From Prevotella phage Lak-B6, in sequence record MK250025.1: 40,000 nt of DNA; one strand, given 5' to 3'. The translations under genes were made by a program, and so were the position numbers. The notes under the pieces are model-generated. The model saw nothing but the letters and a program-made list of their open reading frames with translations. It was not told the origin of the DNA and searched no databases. Positions 19,065 to 29,583 of this stretch are shown here, one piece after another; the stretch's first letter is position 1, and every line of letters begins with the position of its first letter.

Positions 19065-19748
19065 TTATTTGTTTGTAATATTAAATAATAATTCTACTTC
19101 TTCTAATAAACTTACTTTATTTTCTTCTATTATTTTCTTTGAATATGATAATTTCATATTCTTCCATGTTTCTAATAGAAACTTTATATGTTCTGCTAAG
19201 AATTTATTCCAATCATGAATTCTCATCTCGTCTTTCAAACCACATGCACATTGTGTGAAATAATCAGATGAAAATGAAACTAATATATCACATTCTCTTA
19301 ATATCCGTTGATATAAATTTAAATCATCATCATTAATCATATAAGGATAACATGTTGCATCTATATTATCTCCTATAATTTTAATCAAATGATTACATGA
19401 TTCATCATCATTAATAAATTCAGTTCTAATATAATTCTTCATTACATCTTTTGCGATATTGATATTTGTAATATCATCATATTTTCCTGCGCTATGATTA
19501 AAATCATGAAATATTGCAGACATTAAAAGAATATATAAGCCTTCATTATCTAATTTAAATTCATAATTATCAGTTTGACTTTCTTCATATATACAACATA
19601 TATGATACATCATCGCAAATGTATGGTTTATATTATGATATGGATTTGTAAGAGATATACAATTATTAATATAATATGTAAATAATTTCTTTAAATCTTC
19701 ATTTGCATTTATATATGTTAAAACTTTTACTTGATCTGTATTAATCAT
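19065..19748 (-). CDS. HD-domain phosphodiesterase-like protein (class I PDEase-like motifs)
   Basis: YHNINHTFAMMYH ... FHDFNHSAGKYDDITNINIA, metal-binding H...HDxxH arrangement. Confidence 0.7.
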   Translation of the reverse strand: MINTDQVKVLTYINANEDLKKLFTYYINNCISLTNPYHNINHTFAMMYHICCIYEESQTDNYEFKLDNEGLYILLMSAIFHDFNHSAGKYDDITNINIAKDVMKNYIRTEFINDDESCNHLIKIIGDNIDATCYPYMINDDDLNLYQRILRECDILVSFSSDYFTQCACGLKDEMRIHDWNKFLAEHIKFLLETWKNMKLSYSKKIIEENKVSLLEEVELLFNITNK

Positions 19749-19904
19749 ATTTAATAAATTTAATTCAAATTTTATATAATAGTTTAAATAAAAAGACTTA
19801 TTAAATAATGTAATTAAAATAAAAATCCAGATAATAATCTTATCAATTAAGAGAATTATCTGGATAAAATAATATATTTAATTTATGATTTATGATTCAA
19901 TATA

Positions 19905-21650
19905 TTAGAAATTATCATATGTTTGTTCAAGCATCTTAACATAATCCATATGATAACCAAGAGGATGTTCTGATTCATTTACAGGTTTCATAATAGGTTT
20001 TTGAGAAACTTTATAACGTTTAACAAATTCTTCATTCATTATACGTTGTGCTTCTCTATTTCTAAGACCAGTTTTCTCCCAGAACTCATCAACATCTTGT
20101 TTAGTTTCAAGAACCCAATAACGTGCCATATTCTCAATAGCATCTTGCTCTTGAAGAGAAGCATGTGTGTAAAGTTCAATATCTTTAGGATCAGCCAATC
20201 TCAACCAATTCTTAAGGATACGTTTCTCTGCAAGAAGTGGAACATTCCATTGATTGTTAATATCATCAATCTTATAGATATTATGTTCTACTACATATTT
20301 CATACATTTTTTCTTCTATGTAGGTTTAAGAGCCGCAAATTTCGCGAAGTTATCTGGTGATAATGAAACAGAGAATGGATAACGTGAAATAATCTGTTCT
20401 TTAATTGCTTCCTTTTTTTCAAGATTATCAAGAAGATCTTGGAATTCCTCCATGTCTTTATCAGTTTCAGCTGCAATTCTTTCTGCTTTTTCTGTAGATG
20501 TTTTTGAATCTTCGTCAGCTGGTGTGGAATCTTCTGCATCATCATTAGTTGTATCTGTATCAGAAACGTCTTCATCTTTTGAGTTATCATCTGAATCTGC
20601 ATCACCATCATCAGCTTTATCCTCATCAGACTATCCTTCTACATCAAGAATATCTGCACGTTTTTCGGCTTTCTCATCATCGTCTGTATTTTCATCGGAA
20701 TCACTATCAGCATCTTCTGATGTAATATCGAGGATTAATGCGCGTTTCTTTTCTTTCTCATCATCTGTAGGTTCTGATTTTGAATCTTCACTCTTATTAT
20801 CTTTTGTATCATTATTTTCATCTTTATTATCAGATGAATTATCTGAACCACTACCATCTGGTGTTACGTCTGCTTCTGGTAATTTGAATTCTTCTTCATC
20901 TTCTTCAAGTAATGGTTTTGATAAATCTTTCAAATTAACCGGTTTGTTTTTCATTTCCATACATTTTTCATTTATTGGAGCATCTTGCTCAAGTTCATTG
21001 ACTGTAACACCTTCCATAAGAACCTTATATTTCTTATTAGTTGATTCTTTCTCTGATTTTTGAGCTGATACTGATTCATTGAGATATGACATAGTATTAA
21101 CTCCCAAAGATTCATTAACTCTATCAAGTTTTGCTTCAGCGAAACCAGGTGTGCAAACAATATCATATGTAAAAATCTATGCTATTTCTACTTCATGTGT
21201 TTTCTCATCTACATCACCTGCAGCTCGAGAAGAAACAAACAATGGATAACCTGCTTCTACCAATTCCTATGCGATTTTACCATTAGGTGTGTCGAGAATT
21301 TCAAGTTTACCCATTACATTATGATTTTCCTAATCATACCAGAGGTCTGTGATCTTATGTGACGCTTCTTTTAACTGAATATCAAAACGACCTTCTGGAT
21401 GATCCAACTCACCAAGAATTGAACCACTTTCTTTAATCATCTCACGTAAATACCCAAGGTGACGTAAAACTTCTTTTTCTGGATAACTTCTATTATTACG
21501 GTTAATTACAACATGACCTGGAACAGAACATGCAGTAAATACCCCGGAGAATATATATTTCTTATTATTTGGTGTACTGTCAAGAGACTCGTTAAGCGTA
21601 AGAGGCTACAATGACTTACTTTTTATCATTAACTTATTACTTTTTGTCAT
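19905..21650 (-). CDS. Prohead core protease (T4 gp21-like) with long acidic scaffold-like C-terminal part; 6 in-frame TAGs
   Basis: Reading TAG as Q gives 581 aa: MTKSNKLMIKSKSLQPLTLNESLDSTPNNKKYIFSGVFTACSVPGHVVINRNNRSYPEKEV...GSILGELDHPEGRFDIQLKEASHKITDLWYDQENHNVMGKLEILDTPNGKIAQELVEAGYPFVSSRAAGD...FTYDIVCTPGFAEAKL. The GELDHP and SSR motifs match the gp21 family. TAGs at 21606, 21330, 21267, 21177, 20631 and 20316 are all in frame. Confidence 0.88.
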
Positions 21651-21697
21651 AAAACAAAATAAATCTTATTTTTATTATTTATTCAATATATTTTATA

Positions 21698-22717
21698 TTA
21701 TTTCTTAAATAATGAGTCTCTATAATATTCATCAAATTTTTTTTCTTTTAACGCATAATTTATTGATTTAGATAATTTATTAAAATATATATTAAAAAAA
21801 TGATTAATATTATATTTTACTTTATTTGCATTTATTTTATCAATAGATGTATATTTTTTATTCTTTAACATTTTTTTAATCGAAGAACCTTTTATATCAT
21901 TTTTTAATACATTCTACATATGACAATAATATCCAATAAGATTTAACAATAATACATAATCGTAGTCATTTTTAATAATATTTTTTTCAGTTAACATAGT
22001 ATAGTCTAGTAAATATTTATCATATAAATTTATATCTTTAAAATATTTTATTAATGACCCTGTAGTATCATTATCCTAAATTATATTATCTATTTCTTCA
22101 TTTGATAAATCTAATATTAATCTATATTGCTAATTAATTCTTGCTTGTATTTCTGTTGGTGATAGCAAATATAATATATCTTTTACTGTATTAAGAAATT
22201 CTGGTAAAATATTAAATGTGTTTTTAATATTATCACTCATATTTTTATTATTAAGTATAATATTTTTATCTTTAAATTTATACATATGATTTACATGTAT
22301 AAATTCATGATGGAAAATAGATTTTATTGTTTTAATATTAAAGCCTTTTACAACATTTGCATTTATTTTAACGATATGATCATTTATATCTATATCAATT
22401 CCACGAATATCTGCTGTTGCATTTGCATTATTATTCCAATTTGTTTCCCATAATACATATATAGAATATAATTCATTATTTTCTTTTTCATTACATTTAA
22501 TACATTCCGACGTTTCTATATTTAATTTCCAACCAGTATATATTAATCCATATAATCGTCCTCTTGACTATATAAATTTATCATATATATCATCAACTAC
22601 ATCATCAAATGTTCGTAATATATGAAATTCTTCTAACAATGTATTAGATATTGTTTCTATTATACTTTCATATAATCTCTATTTTAAATTTCTTGGTATT
22701 GTATTGTATACACTCAT
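21698..22717 (-). CDS. Putative zinc metallopeptidase-like protein (HExxH), 5 in-frame TAGs
   Basis: TAG=Q gives 339 aa starting MSVYNTIPRNLKQRLYESIIETISN, with FHHEFIHVNHMYK (HEFIH). Confidence 0.7.
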
Positions 22718-22829
22718 ATTTACTAATTAAATATTTTACATTATTTATAATAATTAATAGTTATATCTATAGTAACAATTAAATTAGATTAAATATATAA
22801 ATGAAATTTATTACTAATAAATTTCATAA

Positions 22830-24221
22830 TTAACATATATTTAATATAAATGCACTCATATTATTTTTATTTATAATATCTAAAGTATTATTTTTAATTA
22901 TTTTATTATTTTTATTTTTTCGTTGTCCAGATAAGTAATTAAAATTTTTAATACCATTTTTATCAACCTATGAAGGAAATACATAAATTTGATTTATAAT
23001 AATATTATTTTTATTAAATGAATAAACTAATATAATACCAATATCTACATTATTTCTTATATTACTATTCATAATTGTATTTTTATCTAAATTTTTCTAA
23101 TTTATACATTTAATCTAAATATGCTATGTAATATTATTGTTTTCGTCTGTTAGCGAAAAGTCTTTAGTAGGCTAACCATTTTTATCGTTTGTTACTTTCA
23201 TATGTGAAACTGTATACTCATCTTTAATTATTTCTATCACTGCATTTTCTATTGTTAAACCAGTAATCCATCCTACATTTTTTGTTAAATTTACTGTTAT
23301 ATTATGATTTGTAATATTATTATAACCAGTAATATAAACTTTTGATAAAAATATATTATCTTTAATTTTATTAAATTGATTATGTAATATATTTAATAAA
23401 TTTAACTAAAAAATTGTTATATTTTTAGATTTATATAAAATTGATGAAGCCTCATCAACATATTCATTATCAGTAATACTTTCATATATCATCTTAATAT
23501 CATTACTAGATATTCTATGATATGATTCTTTTACAGATATAGGTTCAACTCTACTCGTAAAATCTTCGATACATTTCTTTGTATCAAATTCTATATTTCG
23601 TCCTAAACCTCTTAATTTATCTTTATCTTTTTCTTTATCTAATATTCCTTCTTTTACCAATTCATTGAATGCATACTTATCATCAGATACATATGTTGTT
23701 CCATTCTTTTTCCATTCATCTGTATATGTTTCAGTTTTACTATCATAACTAGCATCACAATTACCAAATAATCTTTTTGTATCTTTCCTGTATGCATTTC
23801 CTTTCTCTGGTATATAACATCTGAATTGCTTTCCATCATAATAAATCATTACACATAATGGGCATTCCCAATCACCTCCAACCATCATTACAATATACGG
23901 ACATCCTTTAACTGTTCGTAATCCACCGGTAATATCATAATTTTCCCAATCAGGTTGAATTCCTTTAAAATCTTTCTTAATGATAGTTTCACCTTTCTTA
24001 TCATTATAATATATTGTTCTTATAGCTCTTGGTAATGATGATATAATTTTGGAAGTAGAATTAGTTTTATTCATTTTATCGGTAGTCCAACTATCATCTT
24101 TACATGTATCAAGAATAAATTTCTTTGCTTTCTCTCCAAACTATTTCTCTGATAATTTAGCAATCTTTCTACCACCTTTTCTTAATTTTACATCATTATA
24201 TAATGAATAATATTTTCCCAT
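22830..24221 (-). CDS. Hypothetical protein, 7 in-frame TAGs
   Basis: TAG=Q gives 463 aa MGKYSLYNDVKLRKGGRKIAKLSEKQFGEKAKKF...; includes the 222-aa ORF 23406..24074; ends at TAA. Confidence 0.75.
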
Positions 24222-24223
24222 TG

Positions 24224-25699
24224 TTAACTATATTTTATTTTATATTTTTTAATTTCAGATGGAACAGTATATAAGAATTTTATAAATTCATCTAACGTCC
24301 ATTCTGCATATGAATCAAATTCGTCTTCATTAATATCCAAACTTAATAATTCTCTATTAACATAATAATCAATATTTGATTTATCTATTATTAAATTATC
24401 ATTTAACCATAAATCATTAATAACTTTATTCTTTATTAATAATTTTATATTTGGATAATTTTTACCTTTATTATCTGTATCATTCATTGTAACACTATCG
24501 CATACTTCATATAATAATTCAAATTCTCTGAATGTTAATACATCAATAGACATACAATCATCATTATCATATGTGTCACTATCTTGACCATCCAAATATA
24601 TAACATCTTCTAATGGGAAATAATAATCATTATCATTTAAATTATATATTTCATCATCAACAATAACATTATAAATTTTTGCATAATTTCCATTTGGATC
24701 ACCATAACCATAATCAAATTCACCAACATCAAATGTTAATGTTCCTCTATCATATCCTAATTTTAGAAAATCCCATGAATTTAATAATCTTCCAGAATTT
24801 CCCTTATTACTCATAGGTGTACCTTTATCAAAAAATGCAATATTATTCATGTTATATTTTCTTAAATCTATACATGAAAAATCCTAATCAAATGAACCAC
24901 ATAGAAATAACATATTCTTAAATGATTTTACACTATTCATATTCCATTTCTATATAGGTTGATTAAACTTCTTACATAAACTAAACATGTTATCCATACA
25001 TTCTACTTTTGATACATCCCAATTACTAATATCCTAATTAAATAGTTCACAGTTATTAAACATATCGGTCATGTCAAGAGCATTCTCAGTATTCCATTTA
25101 GTTATATCACCATTAAATTTCCTACATGTATCAAACATACCTATAAAAAATTCAACATTATGAACGTCCCAATTACTTATACCATTATTACCATCATATT
25201 CTTTACAGTAAATAAACATGTTTGTCATTGTACATACATTAGATGTATTCCATTTACTAAGATCACATATCTATATCTAATTGCCAAATACTTGTTTCAT
25301 TCTTGTTACATGTGCAGTATTCCAATCCTCTACATGCCAAAATATAGGATACTTATCTCCCATCTATGGTTTGAACTAAAGTAAATAATCCAATTTCTTT
25401 ACATTACGTATATCAATCCAATTAAGATTAAATTCATGTATATCATCTTTAAATAACTAAGGTTTAATCTTATTATAAATTAAATCATGTAATTCATTAT
25501 AATCCGCAACTTTATATTGAAACTATGGTGTTAATACTAATTCTAGATCATCATCAGATACAGTAAAACCATTCTTTAACTTATTTAATATATTATCGAC
25601 ATCTCGACCTATTAATATATCACTATGATCAATTTCATTATCAAATATATCGTCATCATCAAATAATGATTCCATTAAATTATATATATATTTCTTCAT
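24224..25699 (-). CDS. BspA/DUF285-like repeat protein, 9 in-frame TAGs
   Basis: TAG=Q gives 491 aa starting MKKYIYNLMESLFDDDD; repeats such as ISNWDVHNVEFFIGMFDTCRKFNGDITKWNTENALDMTDMFNNCELFNQDISNWDVSKVECMDNMFSLCKKFNQPIQKWN; unites two ORFs of the track (24224..24850 and 25034..25228). Confidence 0.82.
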
Positions 25700-25728
25700 A
25701 TATTAATATAAATATTATTTTAATAAAA

Positions 25729-26055
25729 TTACCAATGATAACCTAATTCTGCACCCATTGCGGCTAATACTAATTTAGATGTTAAAAGATTTCCTAAAGT
25801 TCCTTTTTCATCAATGCCTAAACACTTACAAATAGCTTTCATTATACTTTGTCCAATAGTTGATGAAACTGCACTTCCTAATAATGCAGTAAATAAACCT
25901 TCATCTACTACATCTTCCAGCGGTACACCTTCTTTTTTCGCAATTTCATTTGCTTCAACTATATAATCATATACTTTCTTACTATCCATTATCTATTTAG
26001 GCGTATAACCACTTAAATCAATGCCTTCAAATAAATTATTATATTTTTCACTCAT
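25729..26055 (-). CDS. Hypothetical protein with LFEG leader, 1 in-frame TAG
   Basis: MSEKYNNLFEGIDLSGYTPKQIMDSKKVYDYIVEANEIAKKEG..., 108 aa. Confidence 0.65.
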
Positions 26056-26176
26056 TATATTATTAAAATCAATTCTTTAAGATATTTATTTTATATATAA
26101 ATAATCTGAATAAATATCTAAAAGATAATAATGAATTATCTTATAAATGTAAAAAATAATTATCGATAATTATAAT

Positions 26177-27430
26177 ATGAAAAAACAAATGAAAACAGTT
26201 AATAAAGTTAATTCAAAGAAAGAACTTTATAACTCTATTATGGAATCTGTTGTTCCTTAGATTGCAAAAGCATTGAGTGAAGCAGAAGATGAAGATAAAG
26301 ATGTAGATTCTGCTGAAGATGATGTAAAGGATGCAGAGAAAAATGAGTGTGATAATGTAGATGAAGCGGCACTTAACGAGTTATTCGGTTTTGGTTCATC
26401 AGTGAAGAAACCTGAGAAAGCATTATCTCTTGAAAATTCTGATGAAGAGAATGCAGATTTATTTATTGCATGGTCAGCATACTATATGTCTAAATGTAGC
26501 AATGATGCAAAGAAAGGTATGGAGATGTTCTTGAAAGAATCGGGTGAGATTATTTCAAAAGCACCTATGATGATTGTTAAGGGTATTCTTCGTTTAATGT
26601 CTGGTGCAATTAAAGGTGCAGTATTTGGTGTTGGTACAGTTGCTGCTGTTGTTCTTGGAGGTATTTCTATGTTGGTTCGTATGGCAGTAAACGGTGTAGA
26701 GAAAGCAAAAGAAGCACTTGCTGAATTATATAAAACTATTAAACAAGGTATTTCAACATTCTATAAGAATTTTACATCTGGCACTGATAAGATGGTTAAT
26801 GATTCAAAAGATAAGTTAACTGTATGGCTTGGTGTTCTTTCAGGTGCACTTATGGCATGTGCAAATAAAATTCAAGGAGCTGCTGAAGCAATGGGTGATT
26901 TCTTCAAACAAGTTCTTGCAGACGCTAAAGAGAAGAAAGATGCAGCTGTTCTTATCGTAAAGACTTGGTTACAGGCAAAATCAGAAGCAGTTAAATCTTG
27001 GATTACAGAAACTAGTGGAGAAATTCGCAAAACTGTAATTGAAGCATGGAATGCAATGGATAAAAAAGTCCGTAATACTTATGATAAGGTAGCTAAAGCA
27101 CTTGAATCATGGATGAATGATATTAAGGAGCTTGTCCAAGCAGTTTCACAGAAAGTATCAGATGCAGCAGATAAAGCTAAAGATGTTGTAATTGATAAGA
27201 AAGATAAAGCACTTGTATGGGGTATTTAGAAAGGTGTTAAAGGTCTTTCAAAGAATTATACAGAAGATCAAGTTGTAGCCCTTGTTCGTAAATGTTATAA
27301 TGAGTCTGTAGTTCCTAATAAGAGAACTGGTAATATCATTATCAATGAAGCATATATGCATGCTAAAGGAACAAGAACACGTATGCTTTATGAAAAGAGA
27401 TTAGCACGTAAAGCTAGATTATTGAAGTAA
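26177..27430 (+). CDS. Large helical, Lys/Ala-rich protein, 2 in-frame TAGs
   Basis: TAG=Q gives 417 aa MKKQMKTVNKVNSKKELYNSIMESVVPQIAKALSEAEDEDKD... to ...RLARKARLLK; TAGs at 26258 and 27227; followed by a strong terminator. Confidence 0.78.
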
Positions 27431-27457
27431 TTTAATTTTACAATCATATAATGAATT

Positions 27458-27486
27458 AAGGGATAAATCTTAATGATTTATCCCTT
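27458..27486 (+). terminator. Rho-independent terminator
   Basis: 12-bp perfect arms AAGGGATAAATC / GATTTATCCCTT, 5-nt loop, then CTTTTTTTTATAAT, after the 26177..27430 stop. Confidence 0.85.
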
Positions 27487-27491
27487 CTTTT

Positions 27492-27719
27492 TTATAATGA
27501 AAAATTTGAATATTGTTGAATTGCATCAACTGTTTGTTGTGCAACCGGTATTTTATATTTAATTAACAGTTCAATTAATTGTCTTTGAGTTAATTCAATT
27601 TTATCTGATTTAACATATACATATTTTGTTTGAACACCAACTTTACTTAAATCGATAGGCTTACATTTTCTATCTTCTGTATCAATTGGTTTAATCTTAT
27701 CAAAATTAAAAGATTTCAT
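27492..27719 (-). CDS. Hypothetical protein
   Basis: 75 aa ORF. Confidence 0.55.
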   Translation of the reverse strand: MKSFNFDKIKPIDTEDRKCKPIDLSKVGVQTKYVYVKSDKIELTQRQLIELLIKYKIPVAQQTVDAIQQYSNFSL

Positions 27720-27749
27720 TTATTCTATAAAATAATTTTATTATTTATT

Positions 27750-28043
27750 TTAAATATATGTTGTCTCTCTTTTATGATCAAAGATTGTCATATCTATTTT
27801 TTCTGTAAATCTATGTAACTTTCTTAAAGATGCGGGCGAACTAGAAATTGATAAATCATGTATAAATATTTTTAATTTATTATTTCTTATTTCTTTTTCT
27901 CTGCGTTTATTAAGATTATTTTCTCTCTTAATACTTGCATGAACAATACCATTATATTGATGTTTACTTTTAAATATTGGTCGTTCATCATCTATACGAT
28001 TTCGTTTATTATTAATAATACGTCTATTAAATTTTTTTATCAT
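27750..28043 (-). CDS. Hypothetical basic protein
   Basis: 97 aa ORF in array. Confidence 0.55.
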   Translation of the reverse strand: MIKKFNRRIINNKRNRIDDERPIFKSKHQYNGIVHASIKRENNLNKRREKEIRNNKLKIFIHDLSISSSPASLRKLHRFTEKIDMTIFDHKRETTYI

Positions 28044-28046
28044 ATA

Positions 28047-28259
28047 TTATAGTATTTTATTAAGGTCATTCATAATTTTTGTTAATGAATTTGCATTCAT
28101 ATATGGATTAAAATTTTGTAATTTGGACTTTAATAATTCTTGTATTTGTTGTTGTTCTTTTTTTCGTGTATATTCATTATATGAATCATTTAAAATTTTA
28201 TATACAAGATTTATTAATTCATCTAAATTATTCGTATGCTTATTTTTAAACTTTATCAT
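28047..28259 (-). CDS. Small coiled-coil-like protein (MIKF type)
   Basis: 70 aa ORF sharing 1 nt with the upstream gene. Confidence 0.55.
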   Translation of the reverse strand: MIKFKNKHTNNLDELINLVYKILNDSYNEYTRKKEQQQIQELLKSKLQNFNPYMNANSLTKIMNDLNKIL

Positions 28260-28828
28260 TATTTAAAAATTTTAAATATTCCTAAAAATTTCTTTTTTTT
28301 CATATCTTCAATCTGTTGTTTAAGATCTGTATTTTCATTTTCAAGAATCTTATTTTTCTTTTTAATATCAATATAGAGATTTTCTATTTGTTCAAGGTCT
28401 TGTTTGTAATAATTAAACGCATTTTCTCTTTCTTCGTTATTACAGTGATTAAGGCATTTAATAAACATTTCAATGATTAATAGAGATGATTCTTTTTGCA
28501 TATCCTCAATCATTTCTGAATGCTTATCTGGATCTGAATCTAATCCATCTTTTTCATATTCTATTGTTTTCTTTGCCAATGTAGATGTAGCTCTTATTTG
28601 ATATTCATTAAATAAATCTTGAATAAATTTACGTGTTCTCTTAATGAATTCAATATCTTCTTTTGATTTACCTTCAAGTTCTTTATCATCCCATGCAATC
28701 TGGGTACAAATATTATCAGGATTTACATTTTCTTTCTGAAGTATTTCATATTCTTCTTTCAAATCACTCAAATTATTTTGAAATACTTCGTTTATTAATT
28801 TATCTCGCCTTGTAACTAAACTTTCCAT
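28259..28828 (-). CDS. Coiled-coil protein
   Basis: 189 aa ORF, long heptad-like C-terminal region. Confidence 0.7.
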   Translation of the reverse strand: MESLVTRRDKLINEVFQNNLSDLKEEYEILQKENVNPDNICTQIAWDDKELEGKSKEDIEFIKRTRKFIQDLFNEYQIRATSTLAKKTIEYEKDGLDSDPDKHSEMIEDMQKESSLLIIEMFIKCLNHCNNEERENAFNYYKQDLEQIENLYIDIKKKNKILENENTDLKQQIEDMKKKKFLGIFKIFK

Positions 28829-29074
28829 TCTAACTAATTATTCTTTTATTATAATTTATATAATACAATTAAATAAATGTCTTATTTATAAAAATAAAAG
28901 TGATATATATTGGTTTATATATCACTTTTATATATTATTTACATGTAGACCATCGTTGTTTCATACACATATCTACATATTCTTCTTCTAATGCATCACC
29001 AATAAAATTATTGATTGCTTCTTTGAATCTCTTTAAAAAATTTTTCATATAATAATTAATTTTAAATGTTATAA

Positions 29075-29087
29075 TACAAAGATACAT
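29075..29087 (-). promoter_or_regulatory. Bacteroidetes-like -7 box
   Basis: TACAAAGATACAT; upstream of the region running to 28828. Confidence 0.5.
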
Positions 29088-29108
29088 TAATTATTTTATA
29101 TGAAAAAA

Positions 29109-29498
29109 TTAATTTATTAATTCATAATAAGTTAATACTTTACAATATCCTGAATCCCAAGAATCATAATAAAAACCATTTATAGATGCGACCACATGTC
29201 CTCTTAAATTCAATAAAAAATATCCTTTATCATATTTTTTTACAAATTCACTAACAGTTAATCTATGTTGTCCTTTAGTCATTCGGCCAAATGAACGTTT
29301 AACATAATTATGTTCTTTTAACCATAATTCAATTATCTTCCATTCATTAGGCATTCGTTTTTTCTTCCTACCTAATGCACATAATTCATCATAACATGTA
29401 TACCAATCTCTATGAGTTAATTTCATCATAGCCCTTATGGCACAATCATCTGCGTTCTTTTTCTGGGATACAAATTTAATATATCTATCATTGATCAT
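29109..29498 (-). CDS. Papain/C39-like cysteine peptidase-like phage protein
   Basis: DDCAIRAMMKLTHRDWYTCYDEL ... GYFLLNLRGHVVASINGFYYDSWDS, Cys/His/Asp layout. Confidence 0.6.
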   Translation of the reverse strand: MINDRYIKFVSQKKNADDCAIRAMMKLTHRDWYTCYDELCALGRKKKRMPNEWKIIELWLKEHNYVKRSFGRMTKGQHRLTVSEFVKKYDKGYFLLNLRGHVVASINGFYYDSWDSGYCKVLTYYELIN

Positions 29499-29583
29499 AA
29501 TTAATAAAATTAATTTATATAATAAAATATTAATCTATTTCTTTAAACAAAAAAATCTGGAAATTATAAACTTCCAGATTTTC

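Noticed and set aside
20300-20626. Minus-strand 108 aa ORF MRIKLMMVMQIQM...
   Set aside because: Out-of-frame shadow of the acidic region; the true frame continues through TAG at 20631 and 20316.
20452-21063. Plus-strand 203 aa Ser-rich ORF
   Set aside because: It is the exact antisense of the acidic Asp/Glu/Ser region of the table-15 prohead protease gene and has a low-complexity composition.
20972-21166. Minus-strand 64 aa ORF MILFAHLVSLK...
   Set aside because: Out-of-frame shadow inside the prohead protease gene.
23654-23839. Minus-strand 61 aa ORF
   Set aside because: Alternative frame inside the 463-aa TAG-containing gene.
25160-25384. Plus-strand 74 aa ORF
   Set aside because: Antisense to the DUF285-like repeat gene; hydrophobic AT-derived composition.
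19905-26055. Interpretation as a decaying pseudogene or prophage remnant region because of many stops
   Set aside because: All interruptions examined are TAG, the frames stay intact over long distances and catalytic motifs are conserved; decay would also produce TAA, TGA and frameshifts.
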